Assembly (NCBI GenBank): GCA_028707125.1
Contig: JAQTUX010000001.1
Location: forward strand, 725,764 to 789,763
Reading direction: 5' to 3'
Source: Candidatus Omnitrophota bacterium
Lineage (GTDB): Bacteria > Omnitrophota > Gorgyraeia > Gygaellales > JAQTUX01
DNA: 64,000 bases
In this document: piece by piece, positions 10,507-19,104 of the stretch
Numbering within the stretch: position 1 is the stretch's first letter
Layout of the letters: each line of letters begins with the position of its first letter
The notes under the pieces: generated by a model
Seen by the model: the letters and a program-made list of their open reading frames with translations, nothing else
Told to the model about the DNA's origin: nothing
Database searches by the model: none
Translations under genes and position numbers: made by a program

Positions 10507-11103
10507 ATGCTCTCCGGATTAATTGAACGCTGTATTGCCAAAGACAGGGAGGCCTGGCTTGAGTTCATACGGCGTTTTCAGGACACGGTAACCGTCAGTA
10601 TTAAGGCAAAGTTATCCCGCCACGGTTTTAGTTTTAGCGAAGAAGACATAAAAGACATATCGCAATCAGTATTTATTGATATCTGGCAGAAGGAAAAACT
10701 CCTGCAGGTCAGGGACAGGAACAGGGTGCGGGGCTGGCTTTCTGTGGTGAGCCAGAACGCCGGTATAGATTTTATGCGCAGGAATTCCGCGAGAAGCAGG
10801 ATTTATTCCCTGCTTGATGATTCTGAGGGGCCGGCATTATCGGAAGGGCTGCCGGATGCCTCCCATAATCCGGCAGATATGATGGAGATCAAGGATTTGC
10901 AGCATGAGGTCAGCCGGTTTATCTCTCATCTTCCTGAAAAGCACAGGATCGTATTGTCGTTATGCCTTTTGCACAACCAGACGCACAGGGAGATCGCGGC
11001 CATACTTAATATAAGGAACGCGTCGGTATCGTCCATAATCGCCAGGGCGAAGAAGCGGCTTAGAAAGGTTCTTGAAGAAAAGGGCTATTCCGGGTGCAAG
11101 TAA
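10507..11103 (+). CDS. RNA polymerase sigma-70 factor, ECF subfamily
   Basis: 198 aa. Region 2-like FIDIWQKEK and region 4 HTH HREIAAILNIRNASVSSIIARAKKRLRKVL are present. Confidence 0.8.
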   Translation: MLSGLIERCIAKDREAWLEFIRRFQDTVTVSIKAKLSRHGFSFSEEDIKDISQSVFIDIWQKEKLLQVRDRNRVRGWLSVVSQNAGIDFMRRNSARSRIYSLLDDSEGPALSEGLPDASHNPADMMEIKDLQHEVSRFISHLPEKHRIVLSLCLLHNQTHREIAAILNIRNASVSSIIARAKKRLRKVLEEKGYSGCK

Positions 11104-11143
11104 AACGCGTTTTTTTGCGTCTATATAAGTGAGGGCATAAGTT

Positions 11144-11578
11144 ATGGAAAGGATAGACGAATTATTAAGCAGGTCGTTAAAGAGCAATATGCGCGAGAGC
11201 GCCCTGAACAGATGCAATGAATGCCCCTCAGACGCGGACCTGGGCCTGTATGCGGAGGGGGGATTAAGCAGAAAGAGGCGCGCAGAGCTTGAGGCGCACA
11301 TTGCCGCGTGCCTTTATTGTCAGGATATGCTTGTAGTCGCAAATAAGGCAATAGGCGGAAGGCGCCAGGGCCTGCTGCGTATGTTGGCAGGGCGCAAGTG
11401 GCTGGCGGGCTGCCTTTTGTGTTTCGCGCTTTCCTTTTTTATTCCCAGGTATTTTATGCAGTTTCTTATCGCCGCTTTGATCCTGGGGATCCGGTGGGCG
11501 ACAGAAGGGGCAAAGAACGTTGTTATGGTATATAAAGAGCTCCAGCGATCCAGAAACAGGGAAGGGATAAGAAAATGA
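11144..11578 (+). CDS. Putative zinc-dependent anti-sigma factor (zf-HC2/ZAS type) with a C-terminal TM segment
   Basis: HIAACLYCQ matches the HxxxCxxC ZAS motif, followed by a hydrophobic helix. It sits immediately downstream of the ECF sigma gene. Confidence 0.65.
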   Translation: MERIDELLSRSLKSNMRESALNRCNECPSDADLGLYAEGGLSRKRRAELEAHIAACLYCQDMLVVANKAIGGRRQGLLRMLAGRKWLAGCLLCFALSFFIPRYFMQFLIAALILGIRWATEGAKNVVMVYKELQRSRNREGIRK

Positions 11579-11907
11579 AGGAACGCAGATTTGTCAGGTT
11601 AAGGATCAATATGGACGTATCTTACCGCAAATTGTTTGATTTTGATGAGGACTGCCCCAAGACCTGCGATGTTTCGGAAGACGGCCTCTGTTTGAACCTG
11701 CCGGAACGTCTTTCCATTGACAGGCACATTGAGCTTGCATTGCGTGTCCCTGATGAGGAGCCGATCACGGTGCGGGGCAGGGTGGTCTGGACGCGCGGCG
11801 ACGAGCCGCAGAAGAGTTTTCTGACTGGCCTGCAGTTTGTGGAGATATCCGAAGAGGCGAGAGAGCGCCTTAAGGCCTATGCCCACGCCAATTGCGTAAA
11901 GGGCTGA
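11575..11907 (+). CDS. Stand-alone PilZ domain protein (c-di-GMP receptor)
   Basis: 110 aa. RRFVRLR (RxxxR) and DVSEDGLCL (DxSxxG) are the canonical PilZ motifs. Confidence 0.75.
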   Translation: MKERRFVRLRINMDVSYRKLFDFDEDCPKTCDVSEDGLCLNLPERLSIDRHIELALRVPDEEPITVRGRVVWTRGDEPQKSFLTGLQFVEISEEARERLKAYAHANCVKG

Positions 11908-11925
11908 TCTAACGGAGGGCTATAA

Positions 11926-12384
11926 ATGAAGCGCTGTCTGATAATCGCTCTTTTATTGTTAATTGCCTTGCCGGCCTTTGCTTATGATTTAGATGATTTG
12001 TCTTCCCGTAATCTGGTTCTCCAGGCATGGAAAGCGCTGGCTAACAGGGAGTATGGCGTAGTCCATTACGCGGCTGACAAGTGCATTGAATTGTATTCAA
12101 AGGAGGCGGACAAGCAGCAGCGCCAGCTTCGCGATTTTGCCCCTAAGAATAAGGCATTTGACTATTGGGCGCTCAACGACGTTGCCACGGCTTATTTTAT
12201 TAAGGGCGAGGCATATGCGGCTGAAGAGAAATACGCAGAGGCAAAAAAGGCATTCAGGACTGTTGCCCGCCGTTATAAATTCGCCCAATGCTGGGACCCT
12301 CAGGGTTGGTTCTGGGAGGTGTCAGATGGGGCAAGGGAAAGGATAAAGCAGATAGAGGATTTTGAAGGAGGGGTATTTAACTAA
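11926..12384 (+). CDS. Secreted hypothetical protein (signal peptide, TPR-like helical content)
   Basis: MKRCLIIALLLLIALPAFA is a signal peptide. I recognise no enzymatic motif. Confidence 0.5.
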   Translation: MKRCLIIALLLLIALPAFAYDLDDLSSRNLVLQAWKALANREYGVVHYAADKCIELYSKEADKQQRQLRDFAPKNKAFDYWALNDVATAYFIKGEAYAAEEKYAEAKKAFRTVARRYKFAQCWDPQGWFWEVSDGARERIKQIEDFEGGVFN

Positions 12385-12433
12385 AAAAGAGATATTTTTT
12401 GCAAGTAAAACTCGCTTTTTTACGTCATATATA

Positions 12434-12460
12434 GTAGAGGCCCAAAGCCCCTACTTTTTT
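12434..12460 (+). terminator. Rho-independent terminator (stem GTAGAGGC/GCCCCTAC, loop CCAAA, T6 tract)
   Basis: A 7/8-bp GC-rich stem is directly followed by TTTTTT. It lies 50 nt downstream of the preceding stop codon. Confidence 0.6.
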
Positions 12461-12490
12461 GTTGACATATATAGGTAAGGGGAGAATGTG

Positions 12491-12519
12491 TTGACAGCAA
12501 CGTAACTCTGTGTTAGAAT
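12491..12519 (+). promoter_or_regulatory. Sigma70-like promoter TTGACA-17 nt-TAGAAT upstream of aroK
   Basis: Consensus -35 TTGACA (12491-12496) and -10 TAGAAT (12514-12519) are separated by exactly 17 nt. AGGAGG plus the ATG follow about 20 nt later. Confidence 0.6.
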
Positions 12520-12547
12520 TGCGGTTCAGATGATTTCAGGAGGCAAT

Positions 12548-13051
12548 ATGGCTGATAATATATACCTGGTAGGCTTTATGGGGACCGGCAAGAGCGCTGT
12601 GGGCAGAGAGCTGGCAAAGCGGCTTAAGCGGCATTTTATTGATCTGGATGGCATCATCGAGAAAAGAGAGAAGCGGCAGATAAGCGAGATCTTTTCCAGG
12701 GAAGGAGAGCCGCATTTCAGGCAGCTGGAAAAAGAGGCGCTTCAACAGGCAGCCAGGCAAGACGGCGTTGTGGTTGCCTGCGGAGGCGGCATTGTTATGG
12801 ATGACGGTAATATAAGGACTATGAAGGATAGCGGCAAGATCATCTGTCTGAGCGCCTCGGTTGAGGTAATATTAGAGAGGACTGCCGGTTACGCGCACAG
12901 GCCGCTGCTCAATGTGCCTGACCCGAACGTCAGGATCAAGGAACTATTAAAGTTACGCGCGCCTTTCTATGCCAGGGCAGATCATTCAATTGATACCTCC
13001 GGGCTTTCGGTGAAAGAGGTAGTTGAAAAGATCGAGGAATATCTAAAGTGA
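12548..13051 (+). CDS. aroK: Shikimate kinase
   Basis: MADNIYLVGFMGTGKSAVGRELAKRL has a Walker A, and ...ACGGG is a typical AroK motif. CAGGAGGCA is the RBS. The ATG at 12548 is preferred over the 12530 ORF start. Confidence 0.88.
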   Translation: MADNIYLVGFMGTGKSAVGRELAKRLKRHFIDLDGIIEKREKRQISEIFSREGEPHFRQLEKEALQQAARQDGVVVACGGGIVMDDGNIRTMKDSGKIICLSASVEVILERTAGYAHRPLLNVPDPNVRIKELLKLRAPFYARADHSIDTSGLSVKEVVEKIEEYLK

Positions 13052-13911
13052 TGACGGAAAGAGAAGCGTTAATATGGCTGCACTTAAGCGCGGATATGGG
13101 CGTTGTGAGGTTTCGCCGCCTGCTTGAGCATTTTGGCTCCGCGGCAGGGATAATCAGGGCAGGGGCGATTGCGGTAAGAGAGGTTGATTTCAGGAGAGAG
13201 ATGTCCCGTTCAGAGAAGCAGGGGATCAAGATGATCACCATGCTTGATGAGGATTATCCCGCCATTCTTAAACAGATCTACGACCCGCCGCTTGTTTTGT
13301 ATGTCATGGGCGATCTGCAATTCGATACAGCCGTAGGCATTGTCGGCTCAAGGCGCGCGTCCTTTTACGGCCTGTCTTCCGCGCAGCGGCTTGCCGCCGG
13401 CTTAGCGGCTTCAGGCATAACGGTAATATCGGGGCTGGCGCGCGGCGTTGACACTGCCGCGCACAGGGGCGCGCTTAGCAGTAAGGGAAATACAATAGCG
13501 GTTTTAGGCAGCGGCCTGAATAATATCTACCCGCCGGAGAACGAGGAGCTGGCTTATTCAATAGCGGGCAGCGGCGCGGTTATCTCGGAATTTCCTCTTG
13601 ATACCGGGCCATTCCCTCATAATTTTCCCCGCAGGAACAGGATAATCAGCGGCCTTTCAATGGGTATTGTAGTTATTGAAGCGGCGGAGAATAGCGGGGC
13701 GCTGATCACCGCGGATTGCGCCCTGGAACAGGGCAGAGAGGTATTTGCCTTACCGGGAGAGGTCAATTCTTCCACCTCATACGGGACCAATAATTTGATA
13801 AAACAGGGGGCAAAATTGGTCACCGATGTGGAGGATATATTAGAGGAGTTAAACTTACAATCTTACGGAGGTATGAATGTCAGAGGAAAAAAAGCCGCTT
13901 GTAATAGTTGA
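13048..13911 (+). CDS. dprA: DNA processing protein DprA (Smf)
   Basis: GIVGSRRASFYGL...ISGLARGVDTAAHRGAL is the DprA Rossmann-like core. Its 3' end overlaps topA by 35 nt. Confidence 0.85.
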   Translation: MMTEREALIWLHLSADMGVVRFRRLLEHFGSAAGIIRAGAIAVREVDFRREMSRSEKQGIKMITMLDEDYPAILKQIYDPPLVLYVMGDLQFDTAVGIVGSRRASFYGLSSAQRLAAGLAASGITVISGLARGVDTAAHRGALSSKGNTIAVLGSGLNNIYPPENEELAYSIAGSGAVISEFPLDTGPFPHNFPRRNRIISGLSMGIVVIEAAENSGALITADCALEQGREVFALPGEVNSSTSYGTNNLIKQGAKLVTDVEDILEELNLQSYGGMNVRGKKAACNS

Positions 13912-15874
13912 GTCGCCCACAAAGGCAAAGACCATAGGCAAGTTTCTCGCCGGGAAATATAACATCGTTTCTTCCATGGGCCATTTGATAGACCTGCCCA
14001 AGAAAAACATCGGCATAGACATAGAAGACGGTTTCAAGCCGAGTTTTGTGGTCATGCCTTCCAGGAAGAAGGTGTTTGAAGAGATAAAGAAGGCCGTAGC
14101 CGAAAGCGATACGGTATATCTTGCCACAGACCCTGACAGGGAGGGAGAGGCGATCGGCTGGCATATCATGGAACGCATGAAGGATAAGAAGAAATTCCTC
14201 AGAGTCGCGTTCCACGAGATAACCCTTCAGGCGATAAAGAACGCCTTTTCCCATCCTGTGGACATAAATGAGGATCTGGTCAAGGCGCAGCAGGCGCGCA
14301 GGATACTGGACAGAATAGTGGGCTATCTGCTCAGCCCTTTGCTTTGGAGGAAGATCGTGCGGGGCCTGAGCGCGGGCAGGGTCCAGTCGGTCGCCTTACG
14401 GCTGATCGTGGAAAGGGAAAGGGAGATTCAGGCGTTCAAGCCGCAGGAATACTGGGATATAGAGGCGGAACTGATGAAGCAGAAAGCCGGCGCGCTTAAG
14501 CGCGGCCACAAGAGTTTCCAGGCGAAGCTGATGAAGATAGCCGGCGAGAAGGTCCAGATAAATAATGAGAAAGAGGCATACGGCATAATCAACGACCTGA
14601 AAGAAAAGTCGTTCAAGGTGGAGGATGTCCAGGATAAGGAAAAGAGGAGGAATCCCTTCGCGCCTTTTGTGACCAGCACTATGCAGCAGGACGGTTTTAA
14701 CAAGCTTAAGTTCACCGCCGCCAAGACGATGATGGTAGCGCAGCAGCTCTACGAAGGCATAGAGCTCGGCGATGAAGGCCCGGTCGGCCTTATAACCTAC
14801 ATGAGGACCGATTCAACCAAGGTGGCGAATTCCGCCATAGGGGAGTTGAGGAATTTTATCCTTGAGAGGTTTGGCAAGGAATACCTGCCTGATGAGCCCA
14901 ACGTTTATAAGGTAAAAAAGTCAGCGCAGGAGGCGCACGAGGCGGTCAGGCCGACATCAGTGTTAAGGACGCCCGATCTGGTCAAAAGCTTCCTTACGGG
15001 CGACCAGTATAAACTTTATGATCTGATCTACAAAAGGTTTGTTGCCAGTCAGATGAAACCGGCGGTCTACCTGAATACGGCGGTTGATATCACCGCGGAT
15101 CAATATCAATTGGTCGCCAACGGCTCTAATGTGGTCTTTGAGGGCTTCCTTGCTATCTATAAATTAGAAGAGGAAGATGAAGAGAAAAAGAATATCCTGC
15201 CTGCTTTAGAAAAAGGCGAGCCGCTTGACCTGGTAAAACTTGACCCCGGCCAGCATTTTACCAAGCCGCCTGCCAGGTTTTCTGAAAGCTCTCTGGTAAA
15301 AGCGTTGGAAGAAAACGGCATCGGCAGGCCTTCTACCTACGCGCCGATCATACAGACGATTGTCTACAGGGATTATGTCAGGAGGCAGAAGGGCTATTTT
15401 TCCGCCACGGAACTGGGGATGAAGGTCTGCGATATGCTGGTTGAATATTTCCCCAAAGTCATGGACGTTAAATTCACGGCGTTGATGGAAGAAGAGCTGG
15501 ATGATATTGAAGAAGGCAAGATAGAGCTTGCCAGGGTATTGAGTGATTTTTATGAGCCGTTCAAGCAAAGCCTGGATTTCGCGCAGGAGAACATCAAAAA
15601 GGAAATCATCACCTCCGATGAGGTATGCGGCGTATGCGGAAAGCCGATGGTGATAAAGTGGGGCAGGAGGGGAAAGTTCCTCAGCTGCTCCGGTTATCCC
15701 GACTGTAAGAGCTCAAAGTCCATAACCACGGGGATAAAATGCCCGCAGCCGGAATGCGGCGGAGAATTGATCGAGCGCCACTCAAGAAGGGGCGCCTTCT
15801 ACGGCTGCAGCAATTTCCCCAAATGCAGGTATACCGCGAACAAATTACCCGAACCCGAAGATAAAGATCAATGA
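13877..15874 (+). CDS. topA: DNA topoisomerase I
   Basis: The Toprim N-terminus (LVIVESPTKAKTI), the active-site region and C-terminal C4 zinc ribbons (CGVCGKPM...CSGYPDCK...CPQPECGG) are present. GGAGG is the RBS; 665 aa. Confidence 0.9.
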   Translation: MSEEKKPLVIVESPTKAKTIGKFLAGKYNIVSSMGHLIDLPKKNIGIDIEDGFKPSFVVMPSRKKVFEEIKKAVAESDTVYLATDPDREGEAIGWHIMERMKDKKKFLRVAFHEITLQAIKNAFSHPVDINEDLVKAQQARRILDRIVGYLLSPLLWRKIVRGLSAGRVQSVALRLIVEREREIQAFKPQEYWDIEAELMKQKAGALKRGHKSFQAKLMKIAGEKVQINNEKEAYGIINDLKEKSFKVEDVQDKEKRRNPFAPFVTSTMQQDGFNKLKFTAAKTMMVAQQLYEGIELGDEGPVGLITYMRTDSTKVANSAIGELRNFILERFGKEYLPDEPNVYKVKKSAQEAHEAVRPTSVLRTPDLVKSFLTGDQYKLYDLIYKRFVASQMKPAVYLNTAVDITADQYQLVANGSNVVFEGFLAIYKLEEEDEEKKNILPALEKGEPLDLVKLDPGQHFTKPPARFSESSLVKALEENGIGRPSTYAPIIQTIVYRDYVRRQKGYFSATELGMKVCDMLVEYFPKVMDVKFTALMEEELDDIEEGKIELARVLSDFYEPFKQSLDFAQENIKKEIITSDEVCGVCGKPMVIKWGRRGKFLSCSGYPDCKSSKSITTGIKCPQPECGGELIERHSRRGAFYGCSNFPKCRYTANKLPEPEDKDQ

Positions 15875-16734
15875 TGCTGCGCTATATAGAAAAGTTTCTT
15901 AATTATTTGAAGATCGAAAAGAATTACTCCCAGTATACAAGCGATAATTATGAGCATGACCTGCGCGACTTTGCCGGTTTTCTGGGAGATATGGCTCTTG
16001 ACAAGGTGGATTATCTTTTTCTGAGGAAGTACCTGGCTTTCCTGAAAGAGCATAATCTTGGGCAGAGGACTGTCTCACGGCGGCTCTCCTGCCTTCGTTC
16101 TTTTTTCAAATTCTTATGCCGTGAGGGGCACCTTAAGTCAAATCCCATAGTTGGCCTTCACAGCCCCAAACAGGAAAAGCATCTCCCTTTATTTTTTACG
16201 GAGGATGAGGTGTTGAAGCTTATAGGCGCCCCTGAAGGCCGCGACTGGATGGACTTCAGGGACAGGGCGATACTGGAGGTTTTTTACAGCACGGGAATGC
16301 GCGTAAGCGAACTCGTGGGCCTGCGCATAGACGACATTGATTTTATAGGCGGCATAGTCAAGGTCATGGGCAAGGGCAGGAAGGAGCGCATACTTCCCAT
16401 AGGGGATAAGGCGCTGAACGCGCTGAAGGCATACCTGGAAAAAAGGGATAAAGACAGCGAGCGGGTGTTTCTTAACAAGAATAAAAGGCCGATCACCACA
16501 AGAGGGGTGCGGATGATCATAGATAACTATATTCACCGCGTATGCCGGAAGCACGGCGCCTCCCCGCATACGTTAAGGCATTCCTTTGCCACTCATCTGC
16601 TTGACAGGGGAGCTGATCTGCGCTCGGTGCAGGAGCTGCTGGGGCATGCCAATCTTTCAACCACACAGATCTACACGCACCTTACTACCGATAAATTGAA
16701 GAAGGTGTATGATAAGGCGCATCCGAGAGCGTAG
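15871..16734 (+). CDS. Tyrosine site-specific recombinase, XerC/XerD family
   Basis: N-terminal SAM-like YLKIEKNYS...NYEHDLRDF and the catalytic HTLRHSFATHLL...LLGHANLSTTQIYTH (R-H-R-Y) are present. Confidence 0.85.
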   Translation: MMLRYIEKFLNYLKIEKNYSQYTSDNYEHDLRDFAGFLGDMALDKVDYLFLRKYLAFLKEHNLGQRTVSRRLSCLRSFFKFLCREGHLKSNPIVGLHSPKQEKHLPLFFTEDEVLKLIGAPEGRDWMDFRDRAILEVFYSTGMRVSELVGLRIDDIDFIGGIVKVMGKGRKERILPIGDKALNALKAYLEKRDKDSERVFLNKNKRPITTRGVRMIIDNYIHRVCRKHGASPHTLRHSFATHLLDRGADLRSVQELLGHANLSTTQIYTHLTTDKLKKVYDKAHPRA

Positions 16735-16740
16735 AGTAGA

Positions 16741-17997
16741 ATGTTTATATTATACGATTTATTTTTTCTGTTTTTTGCGTTGATTTACCTGCCGTATTCT
16801 CTGGCGAAGCGCAAGATCAACGCGGGTATTTTTCAGCGGATGGGGTTTTTGCGGCTGAAACAAGCCCCTGGCGCGGGGCTGATATGGCTCCACGCTGTAA
16901 GCGTGGGTGAGGTAATGGCTATCAAGGCCTTTGTCCGTGATACAGGCAGGGAATTCAGCCGGAACAAGATCGTCATCTCAACGGTAACCACAACCGGCAA
17001 TAAGCTGGCGGTAAAATTATTCGGTAATAACGCGCAGATATTCTATTTGCCTTTTGACCTGAGTTTTATCATCAAGCGCGTAATAAGGCGGATCAAGCCG
17101 TGTTTATTTATCGCGGTTGAAACAGAGCTTTGGCCGAACCTTCTTTCTTATCTTAAACAAAGCGGGGTGCCGACAGCGATCGTGAACGGCCGTATTTCCG
17201 ACAGGTCATTCAAAGGTTATTACCGCATGAAATTTTTATTCAAGCCGATATTAAATAAGGTAAGCTTATTCTGCGTGCGTTCTGACCAGGACGCGAGGCG
17301 GCTGGTCCAGCTGGGAGTTGATGATAAAAAAGTCAAAATAACGGGCAATATGAAGTTTGACCTGGAGATCAGCGCGCATTCTCTGGATATCGGGCTTAAA
17401 AGCGATGAGAAACTGTTCGTCTGCGGCAGCACGCATCCGCGCGAAGAGGAGATACTGCTGGGCGTTTACAGGCAGGCGCGCAGGCAGTTTCCGGATTTGA
17501 GGCTTTTAGTCGCGCCGAGGCATATAGAACGGTGCGGCGAGATAGAGGGGCTGGCCAGGAAAATGGGGTTTGACGCCTTGAGGATCTCGCGGATAAAGGC
17601 GGGCTGTCCCGCGGGCAGGAACTGCGTATTTCTTCTGGATATCATAGGCGAGTTGCCGTCATTATATAATATGGCCGATGTTGTGTTCATAGGGGGCAGT
17701 TTGATCGAGCACGGCGGCCACAATATCATTGAGCCGGCATTTTTCGGCAAGCCGATCGTGTTCGGCAGGCATATGTCCAATTTCAGGGATATTGCCGAGA
17801 TGTTCCTCAAGGATGAAGCAGCGATACAGGTAAAGGATGAAGCTGGATTAGGAAACGCTCTTAAGGATATTCTGGGCAGAGAAGATGTCAGGCAAAAGTT
17901 AGGCAACAACGCCCGTTCAGTGGTTGAGAAGAACAGAGGCGCCGTAGCGCGGACAATAGAGGAGATTGGAAGGATATTGGAGTATACCCCACACTAA
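16741..17997 (+). CDS. waaA: 3-deoxy-D-manno-octulosonic acid (Kdo) transferase
   Basis: LIWLHAVSVGEVMAIKAF is a GT30 N-terminal motif; 418 aa. It begins the lipid A/Kdo cluster. Confidence 0.85.
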   Translation: MFILYDLFFLFFALIYLPYSLAKRKINAGIFQRMGFLRLKQAPGAGLIWLHAVSVGEVMAIKAFVRDTGREFSRNKIVISTVTTTGNKLAVKLFGNNAQIFYLPFDLSFIIKRVIRRIKPCLFIAVETELWPNLLSYLKQSGVPTAIVNGRISDRSFKGYYRMKFLFKPILNKVSLFCVRSDQDARRLVQLGVDDKKVKITGNMKFDLEISAHSLDIGLKSDEKLFVCGSTHPREEEILLGVYRQARRQFPDLRLLVAPRHIERCGEIEGLARKMGFDALRISRIKAGCPAGRNCVFLLDIIGELPSLYNMADVVFIGGSLIEHGGHNIIEPAFFGKPIVFGRHMSNFRDIAEMFLKDEAAIQVKDEAGLGNALKDILGREDVRQKLGNNARSVVEKNRGAVARTIEEIGRILEYTPH

Positions 17998-18006
17998 CGT
18001 GTGGGG
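17987..18006. repeat. Palindromic hairpin repeat, copy a (CCCCACAC-TAAC-GTGTGGGG), spanning the waaA stop and preceding the lpxK ATG
   Basis: A perfect 8-bp stem with a 4-nt loop; 19 of 20 nt are identical to the copies at 20999 and 26317. Confidence 0.75.
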
Positions 18007-19104
18007 ATGGATATTATGATAAAGCGGTATTTTTACAATTTAGCAACCGATAGTCAGAAAGGCATTATAGCCGGCATACTAAAAGTATTCCTGTTTCTGC
18101 TTTCTCTGGTCTATGGAATTATTCTACGTATTTGCCGCAGGATTGCTTTGTCAGGGGCATTCCGTCCTGCCTGCAAGGTAATAAGCATCGGCAACATCAC
18201 CTGGGGCGGGACAGGAAAGACATCGTTAGTCAAACTGATCTTGCGGGTGTTAAAAGATAACGGCCGCAATCCGGCGGTCTTGATCAGAGGCTACGGACGC
18301 GAGGATAAGAACAGCCCTGTTATTGTGAAAGGCAGGCCTGAGGAATTCGGAATAAAGGGTATAGGGGATGAGGCATATATGCTGGCCGAGGATTTTCCCG
18401 ATGTGCCGATATTGATAGACGCCGACCGCCGCAGGTCTGCCGCTAAGGCGGCAGGCGAAATAAAAGCGGATACTGTTGTGCTTGATGACGGGTTTCAGCA
18501 TTGGAAATTAGAGCGCGATCTGGACATCGTCCTGCTCAACGCCAACGATCCTTTCGGTAACGGCCGCCTGATCCCGCGGGGCATATTAAGGGAGCCGCCT
18601 TCCTCGCTGAATCGCGCCGATATAATCTTGTTTACAAAGGCGGGAAGACAGGAAAGGGAAAAACTGGCAGCGTTGATAAGGGGCATAAACCCTTCTGCCC
18701 TGATGGCGTATTCTGACTATGTGCCTCGGTATTTTTATGATCTGGCCGATGAAAAAAGCACCTTGGAGGTGGATTCGCTGAAAGGCGAGGCGGCCTGCGT
18801 ATTTTCCGGCATAGGCGATGCCGGGTCTTTTGAGAAGACAGTCAGCGAATGCGGCGTATATATAAAGCTGCATTTAAAATTCCCCGACCATCATCTTTAC
18901 AGCGATAGCGATATTATAAAGATCAGGGCCGTCTGCCGCAGGAGCAGTATAAATACGGTGATCACCAGCCAGAAGGACGCGGTAAGGATAAGGGACCGCG
19001 CTTTGTTCGGCGGCCTGCGCGCGCTGGCGCTGAAAGCGGAGCTGGAGATAACACACAGCAAGGATGAATTTGTCCGGAGATTACTTTCTTTATATACTGC
19101 TTAA
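18007..19104 (+). CDS. lpxK: Tetraacyldisaccharide 4'-kinase
   Basis: ISIGNITWGGTGKTS is the LpxK P-loop. The ATG at 18007 is preferred over the in-hairpin GTG at 18001. Confidence 0.85.
   Translation: MDIMIKRYFYNLATDSQKGIIAGILKVFLFLLSLVYGIILRICRRIALSGAFRPACKVISIGNITWGGTGKTSLVKLILRVLKDNGRNPAVLIRGYGREDKNSPVIVKGRPEEFGIKGIGDEAYMLAEDFPDVPILIDADRRRSAAKAAGEIKADTVVLDDGFQHWKLERDLDIVLLNANDPFGNGRLIPRGILREPPSSLNRADIILFTKAGRQEREKLAALIRGINPSALMAYSDYVPRYFYDLADEKSTLEVDSLKGEAACVFSGIGDAGSFEKTVSECGVYIKLHLKFPDHHLYSDSDIIKIRAVCRRSSINTVITSQKDAVRIRDRALFGGLRALALKAELEITHSKDEFVRRLLSLYTA

Noticed and set aside
12086-12346. 86-aa + strand ORF inside the secreted-protein gene
   Set aside because: It is an alternative-frame ORF with an Arg-rich, motif-free translation, nested in a better-supported gene.
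13877-13911. The 35-nt dprA/topA overlap as a possible frameshift or misassembly
   Set aside because: Both proteins are full length with intact terminal motifs. A GGAGG RBS sits in the dprA 3' end at correct spacing for the topA ATG, so this is consistent with genuine translational coupling.
18001-18006. GTG start for lpxK given by the ORF track
   Set aside because: It lies inside the GTGTGGGG arm of the hairpin repeat. An ATG at 18007 immediately follows and is the more plausible initiator. Likewise, the 26331 and 35899 starts fall inside repeat copies, so I replaced them with the ATGs at 26373 and 35923.
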